Position numbers and translations under genes: made by a program
Notes under the pieces: model-generated
The model's input: the letters and a program-made list of their open reading frames with translations, nothing else
What the model was told of the DNA's origin: nothing
Database searches by the model: none
Assembly (NCBI GenBank): GCA_032718475.1
Contig: JAUCBJ010002198.1
Span: 1-37,708, forward strand
Direction: 5' to 3'
Source: Nemertoderma westbladi
Lineage: Eukaryota; Animalia; Xenacoelomorpha
DNA: 37,708 bases
Part shown: positions 11,411 through 23,616 of the stretch, piece by piece
Numbering within the stretch: the stretch's first letter is position 1
How the letters are laid out: every line of letters begins with the position of its first letter

Positions 11411-11927
11411 GGGAAACAAGCAATGTTTCCCTCCAATTGTAGAAGAATATAGGGCGATGTAAACAAACAAAATAAAATTTCCTTCAAATAATCTAAATAA
11501 CTTGGTACTATAATAGTTCTAAATATTTACAAAATATTGCATATATATTGCATAATGGGTTTACATAGAAATCAAATTTACAAAATATTATCTCTCTCAC
11601 TGTTTGATGATTACTAAATACAAATTAAATTTACAAAAATATTGCTTTCTTTTACTACATATTGATTACTACATACAAATTAAATTTTTCAAAAATATTG
11701 CTTTCTAATAAAAAAGAAAACCCTGGCTAGGGCAGGTGAAAGGAGTAAGCCAAACCCGCAGGTTTGTCTCCCCAATCACCTCCTTTGCCTCTCTCATAAT
11801 ATAAAATTCCAAATGAATACGACTAGTGAATATGAGTCCAGTTGAATGTTTACTAAAAGGCTACGATATACATCAGAGCGACGATGATGTATATGTCTAG
11901 AGTCTGTCGCTCCGTGATACGATCGCA

Positions 11928-13512
11928 CTATCGACTTGCTCCTGGGTTCTTCAGGCTCGCTCCCCTCTTTCGCCCCCTCCCCAGATACACCAGTCTTCCT
12001 CCTGTCGACTCTGTTGACGGCGTCCGTGAGGCGTCACTTCCCGGAACCGGCGATGATGTTCCCTGGGCCCCGACTGTTTCTCGGCTGGTACTCCTCCCTC
12101 AGCCTAGTCCCATTTGTCGTGTTCCCGTGGTCGCCTCCACCAACTCCTCCTTCTGCAGTTGCACGCGCGCCTTTTTGGACGCCCCCTGTGCCCTTCGCTG
12201 CAGACGTTGTGCTTCAATAATAGAATGATAGTGGTCGTCCTTGACTTGACGCTTGTCCAGGACCCCTCCTTCTGGTACTTGCCGCGAGCTATGAACTCCG
12301 GCGGTTGTCGCTGTGGGCGCTGCGGTTCATTGCTCCTCTATCCGTTCGGTGGTCAATGACCCCACCGGTACATGAGTCAACAGAAACTCATTGCTGTATT
12401 GTATAGCTGCCATCCTCCAATCTCCTCTCGCGCGCACCACCTTTCTAGTCTCCGAAAATAGACTTTTGGTTATACAGTCGCAAATAGCAACAAAGTTCCA
12501 AGTATATTTATTGTCCATATTCAATTGTCTAAAATATTCTCGAACAACGATTACTCCAGTATTCTGCGGAAGGTCTTGAGCAGTTAGTATCAGCTCCTGA
12601 TATTGCGGTAGTGATTGCAAATAAGGCTCATACGCGACGTGTGAGGGATCTACCGCCCAGAACCCGTATCATGCTTTAAACGGCAACCAACGCATTTGTG
12701 CTTGGATGTGGTAATCAGCCACACCCTCCCACTTGTCTAACATTTCCCGGAGTAGGTTGGCGCTGTGGTTTTGGAAAGAATCATCACGCAGTTGACATTT
12801 TGTGCTACGATGTCCCTTTACCCCACAATAAATATCCACATTGAGAAATGAAGATGGTGCATGTATGGAATGAGTGATCTGTCTCGTTGCACCAACGGCA
12901 GACCTTATGCGCCGCCTCTACTACAGCGTCGCACGACTTTTGACTATGCCTTGTGCTGCCGCACAACTTGCATCTACGCGCTTGTGGAAACCAGGCCCTC
13001 TCATATATGAGGTCTCCAATCGGCTTCGCACTCCCTTCCTTCCCAATGTCTAAAACGATGTCGTCCTCTCCGGTCAGAGGTTGTCGATCCGGAACAAAGT
13101 AAACATCCTCGCCTTTGTCCTCTATCTCCAATATTTCCTCCCGCTTTCGTTTTGGATATGTCTTCTCCACCGGGAGATCCACTCCGAACACCTCTACTAA
13201 TGTCTCCGGCCAACCCTCTCTAACGGGTCTATCCGCCTCCAAGTGGACGGGAGTACCAAACCCGTGGGTTTGATTCCCGAACCACTTCGCCAAGGCCTCT
13301 GGTGTCAGATACTCCATCGACGGTTGGTCTCCCAAATCTCCGATGTTCTGTCGATATACTCCTTCGAATATCGCTCATCCTCTCCTAACCATCGATGTGT
13401 TCTCTAGCGATTTTTTGAAGAACGGGGTTAAGAAACGCTTCATCACGTTGGATTGGATTCCCCCTTTCGAGCGAACGTATTGATCTCCTCCGAACACCAA
13501 TGGATGACGCTT
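11928..13512 (-). pseudogene. C-terminal part of element B ORF3 with three CCHC zinc knuckles
   Basis: CKLCGSTRHSQKSC and CRWCNETDHSFHTC. Removing a 4-bp TTAT duplication near 12830 gives a third, CGYCGVKGHRSTKC. The frame then continues through TGA stops into 12327-12620 and a basic disordered tail ending near 11928. Confidence 0.75.
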
Positions 13513-13524
13513 GGACGCAATGGA

Positions 13525-15205
13525 GTCCGCGCACTCCAAACCTGTGGGTTCGGTTCGCCAAATACTCGGCCTGTCGGAGTTTCTTCTCTAAACTCCTCCT
13601 CCCGATAATAATTGCGTTGTAGCGCGCCGTCCTGATGGCGTGGATCCTGCGCAATGGGTGAAGCACTAATACCAACCGGCGTGTGATATGTAGAGAACGG
13701 TTTAGCGATCCGAGTACTCGTAATAGCTGGACCGGGTATAGGAATGCTGGTCGTCGTCGACTCGCGTATAGTCGGAGTTCTCGCCTCCTGTTCGGCCTTC
13801 TGCTGTGCGAACAGTTCTCGCAACTCGGTACCTACACTCGCCCCACATTCTTCAATCATTCGCATCCCCTTCTCGGCGATTTCATTCGCCTTCCTGGTCC
13901 GTTCTTTGCTCTCTAGGTTTAGTCTCGCACTTTCCAACTGCGCCAACTTACGTTGTTCTTCTTCCCTCGCAAGTCTCGCTGCGCTCTCCTCTTCCAGTCG
14001 CGCCTTCTCTTCGTATAGCGCACGTTGCTCTTTTTCGATCTCGAGTTCTCGTTGCTTGCGCTCGCGTTCGAGTTGAAGCTTGCTTTCCTTCTGTTTGCAT
14101 TTGAATTCCTTGCGCTCGCGTTCGGCTTGTAGTTCGCATTCCTTGCATTCGCGTTCGGCTTGAAGTTCGCGTTCCTTGCGCTCGCGTTCCGCTTGCTCAC
14201 GCTTACATATATCCTCCAACTCTCGCAGTTTTGCGTCTAACTTACGTGTGCGCTCCTGTTCCCGCTCGGCTTCCTTCCGTGCTTCCGATGCACGCAAAAC
14301 TTCTGCCTGTTCTTCGTCTAGTCGGCGTCTTCTCTCCTCCGCCGAGTTGTGAGAAACAAGGGACCTGAGAATCGCCACTGTCTCTAGATGCGTCGTCGGG
14401 TGGAGTTAACGTCCTCTGTTGGATGTTGTCCGTCGTCGGTAGCACCTGACCCGGTACCACCACTCCAGTCTCCATCAGCCAGCTGGTGACTTCCCTCTGA
14501 TACTTTCGCTCTTCCTTGTCTTGGGTCTCTTCCCACTCCACTAAGTTCCACCACTCCGCGTCGCTTACCTGAGGCGCCTGCGCTTGTGATGCCCATAGCA
14601 ACCAGTTCTCTGTCCTAACTCGTCGGAATCGCTCCGATAACGCGCGGTGTTCTAACAAAGCCGCTAAAGCCCTGTCGTAAAGCCTCGTTGCTACGTCGCT
14701 CGACTGAGACTCCACTGCTCTCTTCTCTAGGACTGCAAGCTCCTCCGTCTGCTTGAATAACGCTGAGTTGTATCCCTTTCTAATCTCTACTAACCCTTCC
14801 CTTCCAATGTTACCAGAGTCGGCTAGCATCTTCCTTACCTTGTCCGTCGTCCGGGTTATATGTCCGGCATGCGCGCGAAGTTTCTTCTTTATCGCGATGT
14901 CCAGTTGCTGTTCGCTTACCTGACTTACACTCGCTGGACTTGAAGGATTATTACGGGAACTACGGGTACTCCGTACAGCCGCTGAGGCCACGGCACTTAC
15001 CATACCCACAGGTCTGGAAACCGGGCTCCGGGCTCTCGCTTCTGCTATACTACTTTCCCTATCACTCATCTCTGGCCGGGCTGCTGTGCAATCCTTCCTT
15101 ACAGTAGCGGTAGGGGATCCTAATACTATTATCTCACCTGGCTCATCCTCACTGGTTACTGTCTCGTCCTCCTGTTCACTTACGTCAGCGTCACTCGCTG
15201 CGTCG
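13525..15205 (-). pseudogene. Duplicate of element B Gag N-terminus and coiled-coil
   Basis: Nearly identical to 31884-33564 (offset 18,359); I saw one SNP (ELREL vs ELREQ). Confidence 0.9.
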
Positions 15206-15218
15206 CTCGCTGCGTCGC

Positions 15219-18200
15219 TGGGTTCTACCCCCAATTCAATGTCTCCGCTCCCGCGATCTTTCACCGGGAACGATTCTAATAGGGCCTCCGAGTTGGTGGT
15301 GAACTTGGTCAGTGGAAAACCCCCTGTAGCCAAGCACTCCTGTAGGCTGTGAGCCACTTCTATGGCTTGTTCCGCTGTGTCCTTGGACACCAATCTGTTG
15401 TCCATGTAGAAGTTTCTCAGGATGGACTCGATAACGTCTACTGGATACTTACCAATCTGGGCCGTTGCCGTTTTCTTTAGAACAAACAGCGTGCCGTTGG
15501 GACTATCGCGGGCACCGAATATCCTGACATACATCTGGTATGTAACCACTGGGCCGGATAGGTCTTCATTCTCAAACCAGAGAAATCGGAGACTATCCTG
15601 GTCCGCCTTGCAGGCTCTTACCTGGTGAAACATCGCCTCGATGTCGCAAGTAAAGGCGAATCGCCGCTGTTTAAAGCGTAACAGTATCCTTATTAAGTAG
15701 TTATTTAAGTTGAGACCATCCATCAACTCTGAATTCAGGGACATACCTCTATAGACTGCTGCGCAGTCATTGACTACTCTGACCTTGTCTGGTTTGTCAG
15801 GGTGAGTCACATAGTGGTGTGGGAGGTAATAAGTCTGGTCCGCCACTAAGTCTGGGTCCTCTACCTTCCCAGCAAATCCCTTGGCAAAATAGTTGTTTAT
15901 CTGGGCGCAATACTTCTCCCTAACGTCTGGATTCTTCAGCAACCAAGCCCTTACTCCGTTCAATCTTTTCAAAGCCAAGTTGTAGTTGTTCTCCAACTTA
16001 AGAGGTTGTCGACGCCACAACATTCCAACTTCAAAATGTCCTGTCGGTAGCAGACGTATGGTATCTTCCATCATCTCCAGCGACCGTTTCTCGTCAGTGG
16101 ACATGGTTAGGTCATATCCACCGGGTTCCATTGCGTCCCTATCCAGCCATTCGACGGTTCTAGCTCCTGTCTCGAGGTCCTGGCGTATCAATTCCTTCTG
16201 CAACTCCTCCTCACTGTATTAGAAAATGTCGAGGTCTCGATATTTAGCCACCTGACCCTCCACTATGTCGGTATAAGTCAAAATGTTACTCAAATAAGTG
16301 GCGTGGGCCGCTGAACCAGACCCACGGGTCTGATAACAGTACTCCTCGGGTTCACTATCTGTCTGGTCGTTGTAGAGTGGTTCCGACAATCTAACATTAT
16401 CGGGAATCAACTCCTCGTCCGACTCGCTAACGTCACTATAGTGGTCAATGCAGGTTCTCCTAAACTCATCTATGTCTGGTGGTTCTACTAACGGTGGTTG
16501 AGTTATAGGCTGTAATCCGTCGCGTCTATCCTTTGGCTTTTCACCACCTGTAAACTCATAAGACATGGGTACTCGTGTATACCAACCTAATATAGTCCTA
16601 TGGGCGTGTGGTCCATTTACATGCGGCTCAGCTGGTCTCGTTTCCCATATTTGGTGCACAATCAGCTGTTCTGCTCCAATTAACATAGACACATTCCTAT
16701 AACCTACCTGGTATCTCGGTATTCTGAGCTTGTCAAAATACCCCTGTGCTATGGGACTCATCGGTGGCACCTTACCTAACTGCCTGCCGAACCCTTTCAT
16801 AGCTAGACACTTGAATCCGTCCAATGGCAACGCTCTCCGTTCTTGGCGAGTGTGCTGGTCTCTCGGGAGTAGGGAGTCTAGTTCTACCGAAATCTTGTGT
16901 CCCTTGAGGTCCCCTACCCCCCGTGCATGGACTTTAACTCTATTTGGATCTCCTCAGCATCCTGGAAGCTGGAAATGGCTCTCGACACTTCCTCGTCTAT
17001 ATATGATAATGTGGACGCAGTGTCTAACATCACATATATTCTCTTTGATCCCTTGTCTCCGGTAAGTTTCACCGGAATCACGCTGAATATTTCCGACGTG
17101 GCCGATGATGAATACGTCCGCGAGCTGGTCGACGAACTATCCGCGGTGAACCCTTGGCAGGTCACCTCTCTCGCGCTTGCCTCACCATCCTCGTCCGACG
17201 AACCTGGTTGATACCCATCATCCTGGATGCCGGTATATGTATTTCTTCTTATTGTTACAGGATCTCTGCCCCCCTTCCTTTGAGGATTTCTCTGTAAGTA
17301 ATGGTCCGTTGTGGTATGGAAATCTGCATGTAGCAACTTGTGATGTAGTCTGCCGCACTCCATGCATCCGTCCTCGCTGTTCGGGCACTGGCGCCATACG
17401 TGACCTGGCGCAAGACATGCCCAACAGGTGTCCAACGTCTGCACTTGAATTATTATCTGTTCCGAAGTTAACTCTTTGAACCGTCTGCAACTGTCTAACT
17501 TGTGGTCGTCCGATCTTACCTCTTTTTGTAAGCAGAATTGGCAACCTACAAATCCATCTGGCAACTCCTGTTGCTTTACCTTAGGTCTATCTGACCGCTC
17601 ACCTGACCATACTCGCGAGTCTGATCTAAAGGCAGGGGTACTCGAATTATATCTGTCTACTGAGTTAAAAGTCACAGTGGTCCTGTCATCGTCAAAACTT
17701 ACCATTGACTTACCGGTAACAAATTTAGACTCCCTCATATTCTCCTCTGAGAAGTTTGATTTCATCTCTGCTACCGCATCTGTGGCTATCATGTCATGGA
17801 TGTGTTGAAGTGTCAACACCTTACCTTGACCCTCTAACTTATTCTCTAATTTGCGCCATTTCTGTCGGTAACGCATGTTTAAACGTCTTATTATGCTCTT
17901 CAAAACTTCAGCGTGATCACCATGATGAGGTAGATTCACCGTCCTCAAGATGTCTAATGCATTCGAAATAGCGTTCACTAAGTTCAACAGCTCTAACGGA
18001 GTTATAATCATTCCGCCCTTACCCAAGTCTTCCACTATCGACTGTGCCATCTTGGTTTTATTCCCGTAGATGTCGCTAAGTGTCTTCATAGCTAATTCAA
18101 AGCTCATTCATTAGCTCTTTCATTGCCGACGAAGTTATCAGCAATGGCTCTAGGTTCTCGATGGAGCATCTGTAGCAGATAGTTGAACTTCTCGTTGGGA

Positions 18201-20731
18201 GTAAAGGTGCTGCTTAAACGTCCTCCAATGTTTATGGTTGCCCATAAACTTCTGGGGTTGTTGCGTCGGCAGTCCTTGTCTAGCGGCAAACTTACCTATG
18301 TCTCTATGGGTTGCGTCGTTCCGGGTTAACAAATTATTTAGTTCTGCAGGGTTATTAAGTCTGGTCATTTCCCGGGGATTCATACTTACCTGCTCCGCGT
18401 CGGTCCTTCTTTCCTTCCGGTTTTGGGACTTCTGACGTCTCATTTCTTCCTCTTCATCACTCGAGTCTGTGTCAGTCCTCAGCGCTCGTGTTGGTTTATG
18501 TGCCGAAGCTCTGACCCAGGCCTCTTGTATAAATCTTTCCGCCGAATTTTCGAAGTTGGGATTATGGATCGTAGGGACGGGCGTTCTTACCTGAGGTCTA
18601 TGTGGTCTAATTCAGGCCTGCTAGGATTAGAATTACTTCTTACCTGGGCTGCTTCCTTTAACTGTAGGTTACTAAGCATGTCCGTTATAGGTTGCATGTG
18701 CGGCGATATAGCTTGCGCTAAACTGGCACTTAACTCCTCCCTCGTAATAAATTCCTGGCTAGGGTTCTGCTGTATTGTCGGCTCTATCTGAATAATCCGC
18801 TGTCTCTCATACGATCCCTCTTCCGGTTTAACCCGGAAGTTCTCCTTCGAACTGGGTCGGCGATCCGTCCGCGCACTCCAAACCTGTGGGTTCGGTTCGC
18901 CAAATACTCGGCCTGTCAGAGTTTCTTCTCTAAACTCCTCCTCCCGATAATAATTGCGTTGTAGCGCGCCGTCCTGATGGCGTGGATCCTGCGCAATGGG
19001 TGAAGCACTAATACCAACCGGCGTGTGATATGTAGAGAACGGTTTAGCGATCCGAGTACTCGTAATAGCTGGACCGGGTATAGGAATGCTGGTCGTCGTC
19101 GACTCGCGTATAGTCGGAGTTCTCGCCTCCTGTTCAGCCTTCTGCTGTGCGAACAGTTCTCGCAACTCGGTACCTACACTCGCCCCACATTCGTTGATCA
19201 TTCGCATCCCCTTCTCGGCGATTTCATTCGCCTTCCTGGTCCGTTCTTTGCTCTCTAGGTTTAGTCTCGCACTTTCCAACTGCGCCAACTTACGTTGTTC
19301 TTCTTCCCTCGCAAGTCTCGCTGCGCTCTCCTCTTCCAGGCGCGCCTTCTCTTCGTATAGCGCACGTTGCTCTTTTTCGATCTCGAGTTCTCGTTGCTTG
19401 CGCTCGCGTTCGAGTTGAAGCTTGCTTTCCTTCTGTTTGCATTTGAATTCATTGCGCTCGCGTTCGGCTTGTAGTTCGCATTCCTTGCATTCGCGTTCGG
19501 CTTGAAGTTCGCGTTCCTTGCGCTCGCGTTCCGCTTGCTCACGCTTACATATATCCTCCAACTCTCGCAGTTTCGCGTCTAACTTACGTGTGCGCTCCCG
19601 TTCCCGCTCGGCTTCCTTCCGTGCTTCCGATGCACGCAAAACTTCTGCCTGTTCTTCGTCTAGTCGGCGTCTTCTCTCCTCCGCCGAGTTCTGAGAAACA
19701 AGGGACCTGAGAATCGCCACTGTCTCTAGATGCATCGTCGGGTGGAGTTAACGTCCTCTGTTGGATGTTGTCCGTCGTCGGTAGCACCTGACCCGGTACC
19801 ACCACTCCAGTCTCCATCAGCCAGCTGGTGACTTCCCTCTGATACTTTCGCTCTTCCTTGTCTTGGGTCTCTTCCCACTCCACTAAGTTCCACCACTCCG
19901 TGTCGCTTACCTGAGGCGCCTGCGCTTGTGATGCCCATAGCAACCAGTTCTCTGTCCTAACTTTCCCGGAGTAGGTTGGCGCTGTGGTTTTGGAAAGAAT
20001 CAACACGCAGTTGACATTTTGTGCTACAATGTCCCTTTACCCCACAATAAATATCCACATTGAGAAATGAAGATGGTGCATGTATGGAATGAGTGATCTG
20101 TCTCGTTGCACCAACGGCAGACCTTATGCGCCGCCTCTACTACAGCGTCGCACGACTTTTGACTATGCCTTGTGCTGCCGCACAACTTGCATCTACGCGC
20201 TTGTGGAAACCAGGCCCTCTCATATATGAGGTCTGCAATCGGCTTCGCACTCCCTTCCTTCCCAATGTCTAAAACGATGTCGTCCTCTCCGGTCAGAGGT
20301 TATCGATCCGGAACAAAGTAAACATCCTCGCCTTTGTCCTCTATCTCCAACATTTCCTCCCGCTTTCGTTTCGGATATGTCTTCTCCACCGGGAGATCCA
20401 CTCCGAACACCTCTACTAACATCTCCGGCCAACCCTCTCTAACGGGTCTATCCGCCTCCAAGTGGACGGGAGTACCAAACCCGTGGGTTTGATTCCCGAA
20501 CCACTTCGCCAAGGCCTCTGGTGTCAGATACTCCATCGACAGTTGGTCTCCCAAATCTCCGATGTTCTGTCGATATACTCCTTCGAATATCGCTCATCCT
20601 CTCCTAACCATCGATGTGTTCTCTAGCGATTTTTTGAAGAACGGGGTTAAGAAACGCTTCATCACGTCGGATTGGATTCCCCCTTTCGAGCGAACGTATT
20701 GATCTCCTCCGAACACCAATGGATGACGCTT
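15219..20731. repeat. 5.5-kb near-identical direct duplicate of 26359-31871 (offset 11,140): RT, PR, Gag and an ORF3 fragment
   Basis: Identical ORF translations, e.g. 16914-18107 = 28054-29247. Only about two SNPs seen (19136/30276 and 20668/31808). Confidence 0.97.
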
Positions 20732-22858
20732 CAAAACTCGCGCAATGATATCCGCTACTAAACAAGTTACCGTATTCGACTCAAGCACCAAATAATATTG
20801 CAGCAACGCACGGGGTGGCGCGCAGATGTTCCAATATACTAATGCTTGCCGCTTGAAGTGGGATTTGAACTCCGCTCCCGGTGGCGTGTTATATTCACCA
20901 TACGCCTCCTCGTATTTCTTTTGCGTCTTTAACTTGAAGTCCCAGTTGTATAACAAATGCGCTATAAAGCCCATACCAGTCTTGGCAGAGTTGGGATACT
21001 CCCTATAAATTCCAATATCCTGTGCCCATAGCAACAATAGGTTGGTGTCGACAAACGGTCTCAGGAATCTATCCTCCAAATCCATCATGGCGTTGAAGTC
21101 GCTCTCCAAATCACTCTGGACTCCCGATCCTACCTTGACGTAATCCTGGTTGAGAATCGCCTCTGTAACTTTCTTGGGTAGCATCCTGGCGTCGATACGC
21201 TCTGCTCCGTGCATACCTCCTCGCCTGCATACCTCGAAAATCTGTTCCCTGGGATCCTTCCCCCGCCGATATTGCGTCGTTATGATGGCCTCCGGTCTCT
21301 CTCGGTCTGCCCTCACGCGCATAAATACGTGAGTCACACCATCGGCCGCGCGAATTTGAATGCACTTACTAGTTATGCACTCTTGATGGGACCCTCCCTC
21401 GTTGTTGTAGAACATCACGCGCCAATCCTGTAGGGATTCCTCCGTCTTTCTCCATTGACGCTGGATCTCGTCGGATGGGGTCCACATGCGCTCAATATCC
21501 TTGTGGTCATCGTATTGGTTATAGGAACCCTTCCTCCTCAGCCACGCCTGATCTACCTCCTCGTCATCCGGAAATGCAGCCACCGCGACCCATACCTTTA
21601 TGTACTTGTCCAACCAACCAAATAATTTGCTCTCCTTCCCTGGAGCTCCAATCTTATCTAACGTGTCGTAATCTGTTATCTGCATCGGGATGTCACGCAA
21701 GAACTTCGAGCATAAAACTTCCCGTAAGCAGTCGACGTTCCAATGATCCGACGACATCACCATCGGCAAGAATCGAATGGCTTCTCGTGACTCCAGGTGA
21801 TCTACCAATATCGCAGGTTCGTTGCCGTCGGAATAATACACCGGTCGGGGTTGAGATACAGCCTGTGGAACAAATCCAGTCACTCTCCTAGTCTCCTCCT
21901 GATGTCTATCCTCGGTCTTATTATACTCCGCTATCCTCTCTTCGAATAACTGCTTCGCTTTCGCCACTCACTCCTCCTGTCGCAACGCATCTATATCGTC
22001 CTGATGCTCAGGCGTGAGATTTCTCGCTCGGTGAGGCGAAGTAAACGTGGTCCAGGGACTCGAGAGCTCCAAACCCGCGGGTTTGGTACCCGAGTCCCGT
22101 GCCGCTTCGTACCGCGCCTCTAAGTCCTTACAGGCTCGGTATAACGAAATGGCCACCGCCGTCTCTATCAAAGCGGGTGTCGAACAGGGTTTAATCTCCG
22201 TATACGGATCTAAAGTCATAACGGTCGGCATAATGGGTCTCGGAGGTCGCTTTCCGCTAAAGTCGATACTGATCATCGGGTTGCTCATCGGGTAACCTCC
22301 CTCGTTGTATCTAAGAAACTGGTGAGCTTGACATCGCGTTAATATCGGTTCAGGATGCTGCTCATTCAGTCGATCGGGAATCGCTATGTCTTGCTTATTC
22401 ATGCATTCACCGCATTTGTAGAACAACTTGTATACACTGAAAACCTTTGGCGTCTCCTGATCCTCGCCTCGAGTCCTCCGGTAAAGGTGCATTCCGTCGA
22501 ATTGATCCCGGACTGCAGGTAGCGGTTCGTCGTATCGTAAATACATGTTCATATGGTACAGACGGGCGATTTCCTCATCTGGGTCCGCGCTAATGTCGCA
22601 TACATCAAGGGCAAAGTCGTAGGGATAACGAGTGCGATACTCCTTCCGTAGAACCTCCATGCGGTCTCCCAATGCTCGCATCCGTTCCCTCCTCAACTCC
22701 TTCTCATACGTGTGCTTATACTTCCCGTTTAACTCCATCACCGATCTCCCATGGTAGTAAACATTCGAATCTTTACACCCGGGTCGGGCGAATGGTAGTT
22801 CTGCCTCCTCTCTGGCGGTGAACCCTCTCCTCAGTTGCGCTCTCATTTCCTTCTCCAT
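19963..22858 (-). pseudogene. Element B ORF3, N-terminal and central part, with a DEDDy (WRN/EXD-like) 3'-5' exonuclease-like domain
   Basis: ORFs 21968-22858, 20594-21967 and 20300-20554 share one frame and are separated by single stops. Motifs VMFYNNEG, CIQIRAADG, LPKKVTEAILNQDYVKVGSGVQSDL, FVDT, TGMGFIAHLLY and YW..PP..QYYLVLES follow WRN-exo motif order. Confidence 0.72.
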
Positions 22859-23616
22859 TTTGCCGCGTATATATACATATATCCAATTGGTCCGTTACGT
22901 AACTAATTACACTGTGGGTAAATCAGTTAGATGATGCTGAAGGACAGACATCCCGAACCCCCCAGCCATCTTCCAGCAGTTCAGGTTCGGCTCTCTAGAT
23001 CCCGTCTCATTCCTAATTACCTTCTAACCTATTCCCATGCATAGCGCAAAAACTTCAGATATAAACTGGCCGTGACCAACTCACTTTTTGATGCCCAAAC
23101 TACTCCCCAATACTTGTACTAGACTACAGTAGGTAGAAAGGACAATAGCTATGGCGTTCGACTATACCAAACCCGCAGGTTTGATAATTGAACACCTCAC
23201 TCCACTGCAAACTACTGAGTGGGGTCTGTGTAAGCCTCTGGTGCTACTAACCTTTAGCACCTTGGCTGTTGTACTGTTGGCACCAATATGTGGAAGTTAC
23301 TGAACTCAATTTACACTCCTACATAATATAGCCATCACCATGGTTTCTAAATGCTATTTTCCAAGCTTCACGACTTTCAAATTACTGTATTTCTATAGAC
23401 GAATTCTAGAATGCGTCTATATGCAGCGTTTGGAATTGTCTTGGGTTCACTTCTAATTTTTAAAATTTCTAATTTTCCGAACATTTTATGAAAATAAAAT
23501 TTTGTTTTGATACCCACCAGACAAATTCTCAACGCAAATCACCACAAACCCGCTCCTATGCATTTCCGAGTATTTGCATACAAGGAATGCATACAAAGTG
23601 AATTTGTGTTCCAACA

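Noticed and set aside
11520-11710. Short AAATTTACAAAATATT repeats in the element B 3' UTR
   Set aside because: Ordinary AT-rich slippage repeats with no further structure seen.
13443-14378. Myosin/TolA-like host coiled-coil protein (four copies)
   Set aside because: It is part of the BEL Gag N-terminus, collinear with the Gag core in the copy at 27359-31102.
20594-21970. Programmed UGA readthrough or an alternative genetic code in ORF3
   Set aside because: Trp is encoded by TGG throughout, and TAA stops and frameshifts also occur. CGA to TGA decay is the simpler explanation.
19963-22858. env/fusion glycoprotein or host gene
   Set aside because: No signal peptide or TM pattern; it has nuclease and knuckle motifs instead. 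It is intronless, inside the LTRs and as decayed as gag-pol.
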